Shown: positions 62,164 through 64,000 of the stretch, one piece after another
Layout of the letters: each line of letters begins with the position of its first letter
How positions within the stretch are numbered: the first letter of the stretch is position 1
Assembly (NCBI GenBank): GCA_965649765.1
Contig: OZ287750.1
Span: 87,854,001-87,918,000, forward strand
Direction: 5' to 3'
Source of the DNA: Bispira polyomma
Lineage: Eukaryota
Length of the DNA: 64,000 nucleotides
Translations under genes and position numbers: made by a program
The notes under the pieces: model-generated
Databases searched by the model: none
The model's input: the letters and a program-made list of their open reading frames with translations, nothing else
What the model was told of the DNA's origin: nothing

Positions 62164-63600
62164 TCACACCTCGTCAAAGGTGAAGTGAAAATGCTGTTTC
62201 CTACCTTTTTCGAACCTCATGAACTGGACATGGTCTATGTCAGTTTCGTCTGATAGCATGGTCCTCCAGGTTCCCCTCAGGTAGTCATTACTGTGCACCG
62301 TATTGGCTGGAATGAACACCGTGTGCATCTTGGGTATGATGAACCCTGACAAGTGTAGAGTATTGTCGTTAACATACTTCCCCAGCACCATCACCCCCGA
62401 ATCCTCCTCTAGCGGGCAGTCAAGATGGTCAAAACTGTGTTTTTCTATGCCTGAGCCGCCCATACCAGCCAGGACATATTCTTCTAGGTACTTTTGAGAG
62501 TAATCAAAGTCAATGACGCCGTGTCTGTACACAAGGCTGTAATCCTGCTCCGACTGATTCGCGAAGCAGCAGTTGTAGTAGGACAGATTCTGGCTGGTCG
62601 CCATAATCGCTGGCACCACACCATCAAAGGCCCCAGTGAAGGTCAACTCGCCAGATTTCTCACCGCTTCGTTTACTCCTCCAGTTGGTCCCATTCACAGC
62701 CACGATATGCTTTGGTAGCACCACTGGTGGCTGAAAGAAGGAGAGCTCCGACAGCTTGTAGGACCCGGGTAAGTAGTCTTTCACCAAATCACTACCTGAC
62801 ATGACCAAATTGTCATGTTGGTCATACCTCTTCAAACCCGCAAATTTCTTCCAACGTTCCTCCAGGAAAGCTGTGATTTTACTTGTGTCGGCCGAGTGGC
62901 AGATCTTCCTTAGGCCATTCTTCAGCAAGAGCTGTGCTCTCTTCTCTTTCTCTGATACCATTACGGTTTGGTTAATGTCTAGCATTATGAAGATATCGCG
63001 GAACTGTTCATACTCCAAGAAGCCGTTGCCATCCGTGTCACATTCTTGGAACATTGTAATCCCCGGAGCAATAAGATCTGCCTGGCCAATCGATATCAGA
63101 AAAACCACAAATTCCTTGAAATCAAGAATACCGCGGCTTTCATTGTCGGCTTTTCGAAATGCCTTCACAATATGCATGTCATCTTCCTCATCATTTTTTG
63201 CACGAGAAACGTTCCATCCAACCACCATCATCATGTAGCGGAAGAACTCCTCGAAAGCCACAAAACCACTGCCATCCATGTCAATGACTCCAAAGATTAA
63301 ATCCAACTGTTCATCATCAATGTCTATCTCGAGCACGTTGATCATGGTGTGGAATTCGTCTTTATCCATCAATCCATTGCCATCTTTATCAATCCCCAGG
63401 AAGACAGTGCGGACCTTTTCGGCAATCTCTTCTTTATTCAGACTTGGACCTTGATCTTTCTTATTCTGATTGTTTGTCTCCGAATCCCTGTTCTTTTTAC
63501 CAATATCGGGATTACTTGGTCTTCTCTGGATTTCCTGAATCATGGGCTTTGTTCCAGATACCATAGCCCTGGCATTTCTTCGAAAATCCTTCTGCCATTC
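62164..63600 (-). CDS. Last exon of a tandem paralog of the PH/EF-hand/cupin gene (upstream exons lie beyond the window)
   Basis: Same length (1437 nt) and same acceptor position as 34617-36053. Open frame with about 29 aa differences in 466. The flanking intron (to 64000) and 3' region (from ~60930) are also homologous. Confidence 0.92.
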   Translation of the reverse strand, partial: EWQKDFRRNARAMVSGTKPMIQEIQRRPSNPDIGKKNRDSETNNQNKKDQGPSLNKEEIAEKVRTVFLGIDKDGNGLMDKDEFHTMINVLEIDIDDEQLDLIFGVIDMDGSGFVAFEEFFRYMMMVVGWNVSRAKNDEEDDMHIVKAFRKADNESRGILDFKEFVVFLISIGQADLIAPGITMFQECDTDGNGFLEYEQFRDIFIMLDINQTVMVSEKEKRAQLLLKNGLRKICHSADTSKITAFLEERWKKFAGLKRYDQHDNLVMSGSDLVKDYLPGSYKLSELSFFQPPVVLPKHIVAVNGTNWRSKRSGEKSGELTFTGAFDGVVPAIMATSQNLSYYNCCFANQSEQDYSLVYRHGVIDFDYSQKYLEEYVLAGMGGSGIEKHSFDHLDCPLEEDSGVMVLGKYVNDNTLHLSGFIIPKMHTVFIPANTVHSNDYLRGTWRTMLSDETDIDHVQFMRFEKGRKQHFHFTFDEV

Positions 63601-64000
63601 CTGACAAAAAAAAAAAAATTTTTAAAATGCCTGTTAAACTAGTATGTATAGATTATCTAACGAGAACACTAGAGCCTTGTGGACTTGCCTACCACCTCTG
63701 CATTCAAGGGTTTGAATCAAATATATGTGGGAAAGTTAGTAATAGACTTGCTGAAAACCAGTGGTTTGAAGAGCTCCAAATCCTAACTGATTACCCTGCT
63801 CTGATTTCTTGCACCTGTTCACTGTCATATGACACAACGTTTGATGTAGGTGACTTTAAGCCCAAACTAAACTAAATCTAAGGAAAGCACCACATAAGTC
63901 TCTCCCCACAGGATTGTAATTAAACATATTTTACTGAGTTATAGCAAGGTTTACTGTAAAATAGGTAGTTACATGTCAGAGTTACCTCATGCTATTATAT

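Overview
AT-rich, intron-rich animal genomic DNA. The repeat landscape (V-SINE-like elements, L2 LINEs, a DIRS-type relic) suggests an invertebrate, probably spiralian or mollusc (inference). I assembled two genes by hand, plus the last exon of a paralog. (1) + strand 2871-33563: a 21-coding-exon DEG/ENaC/ASIC-superfamily channel subunit of about 1043 aa. All 20 GT-AG junctions are phase-compatible. About 510 aa of Cys-free, helix-like sequence with several N-glycosylation sequons (10 exons) is inserted in the normally tiny knuckle domain. (2) - strand 47066-34617, tail-to-tail with the channel: a 5-coding-exon gene of about 763 aa. Its architecture is SWAP70/DEF6-like N-terminus, PH domain, calmodulin-like 4x EF-hand, then a ureidoglycolate-lyase(AllA)-like cupin; the EF-hand and cupin part sits on one intronless 1.44-kb exon. 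(3) - strand 63600-62164: the last exon of a tandem paralog of gene 2 (about 94% aa identity) that continues beyond the window. Introns and intergenic DNA contain L2 fragments, tRNA-derived SINEs, Harbinger-, Tc1/mariner- and piggyBac-like MITEs, a decayed DIRS-type retrotransposon and several minisatellites. Family assignments come from motif recognition only; no database searches were run.
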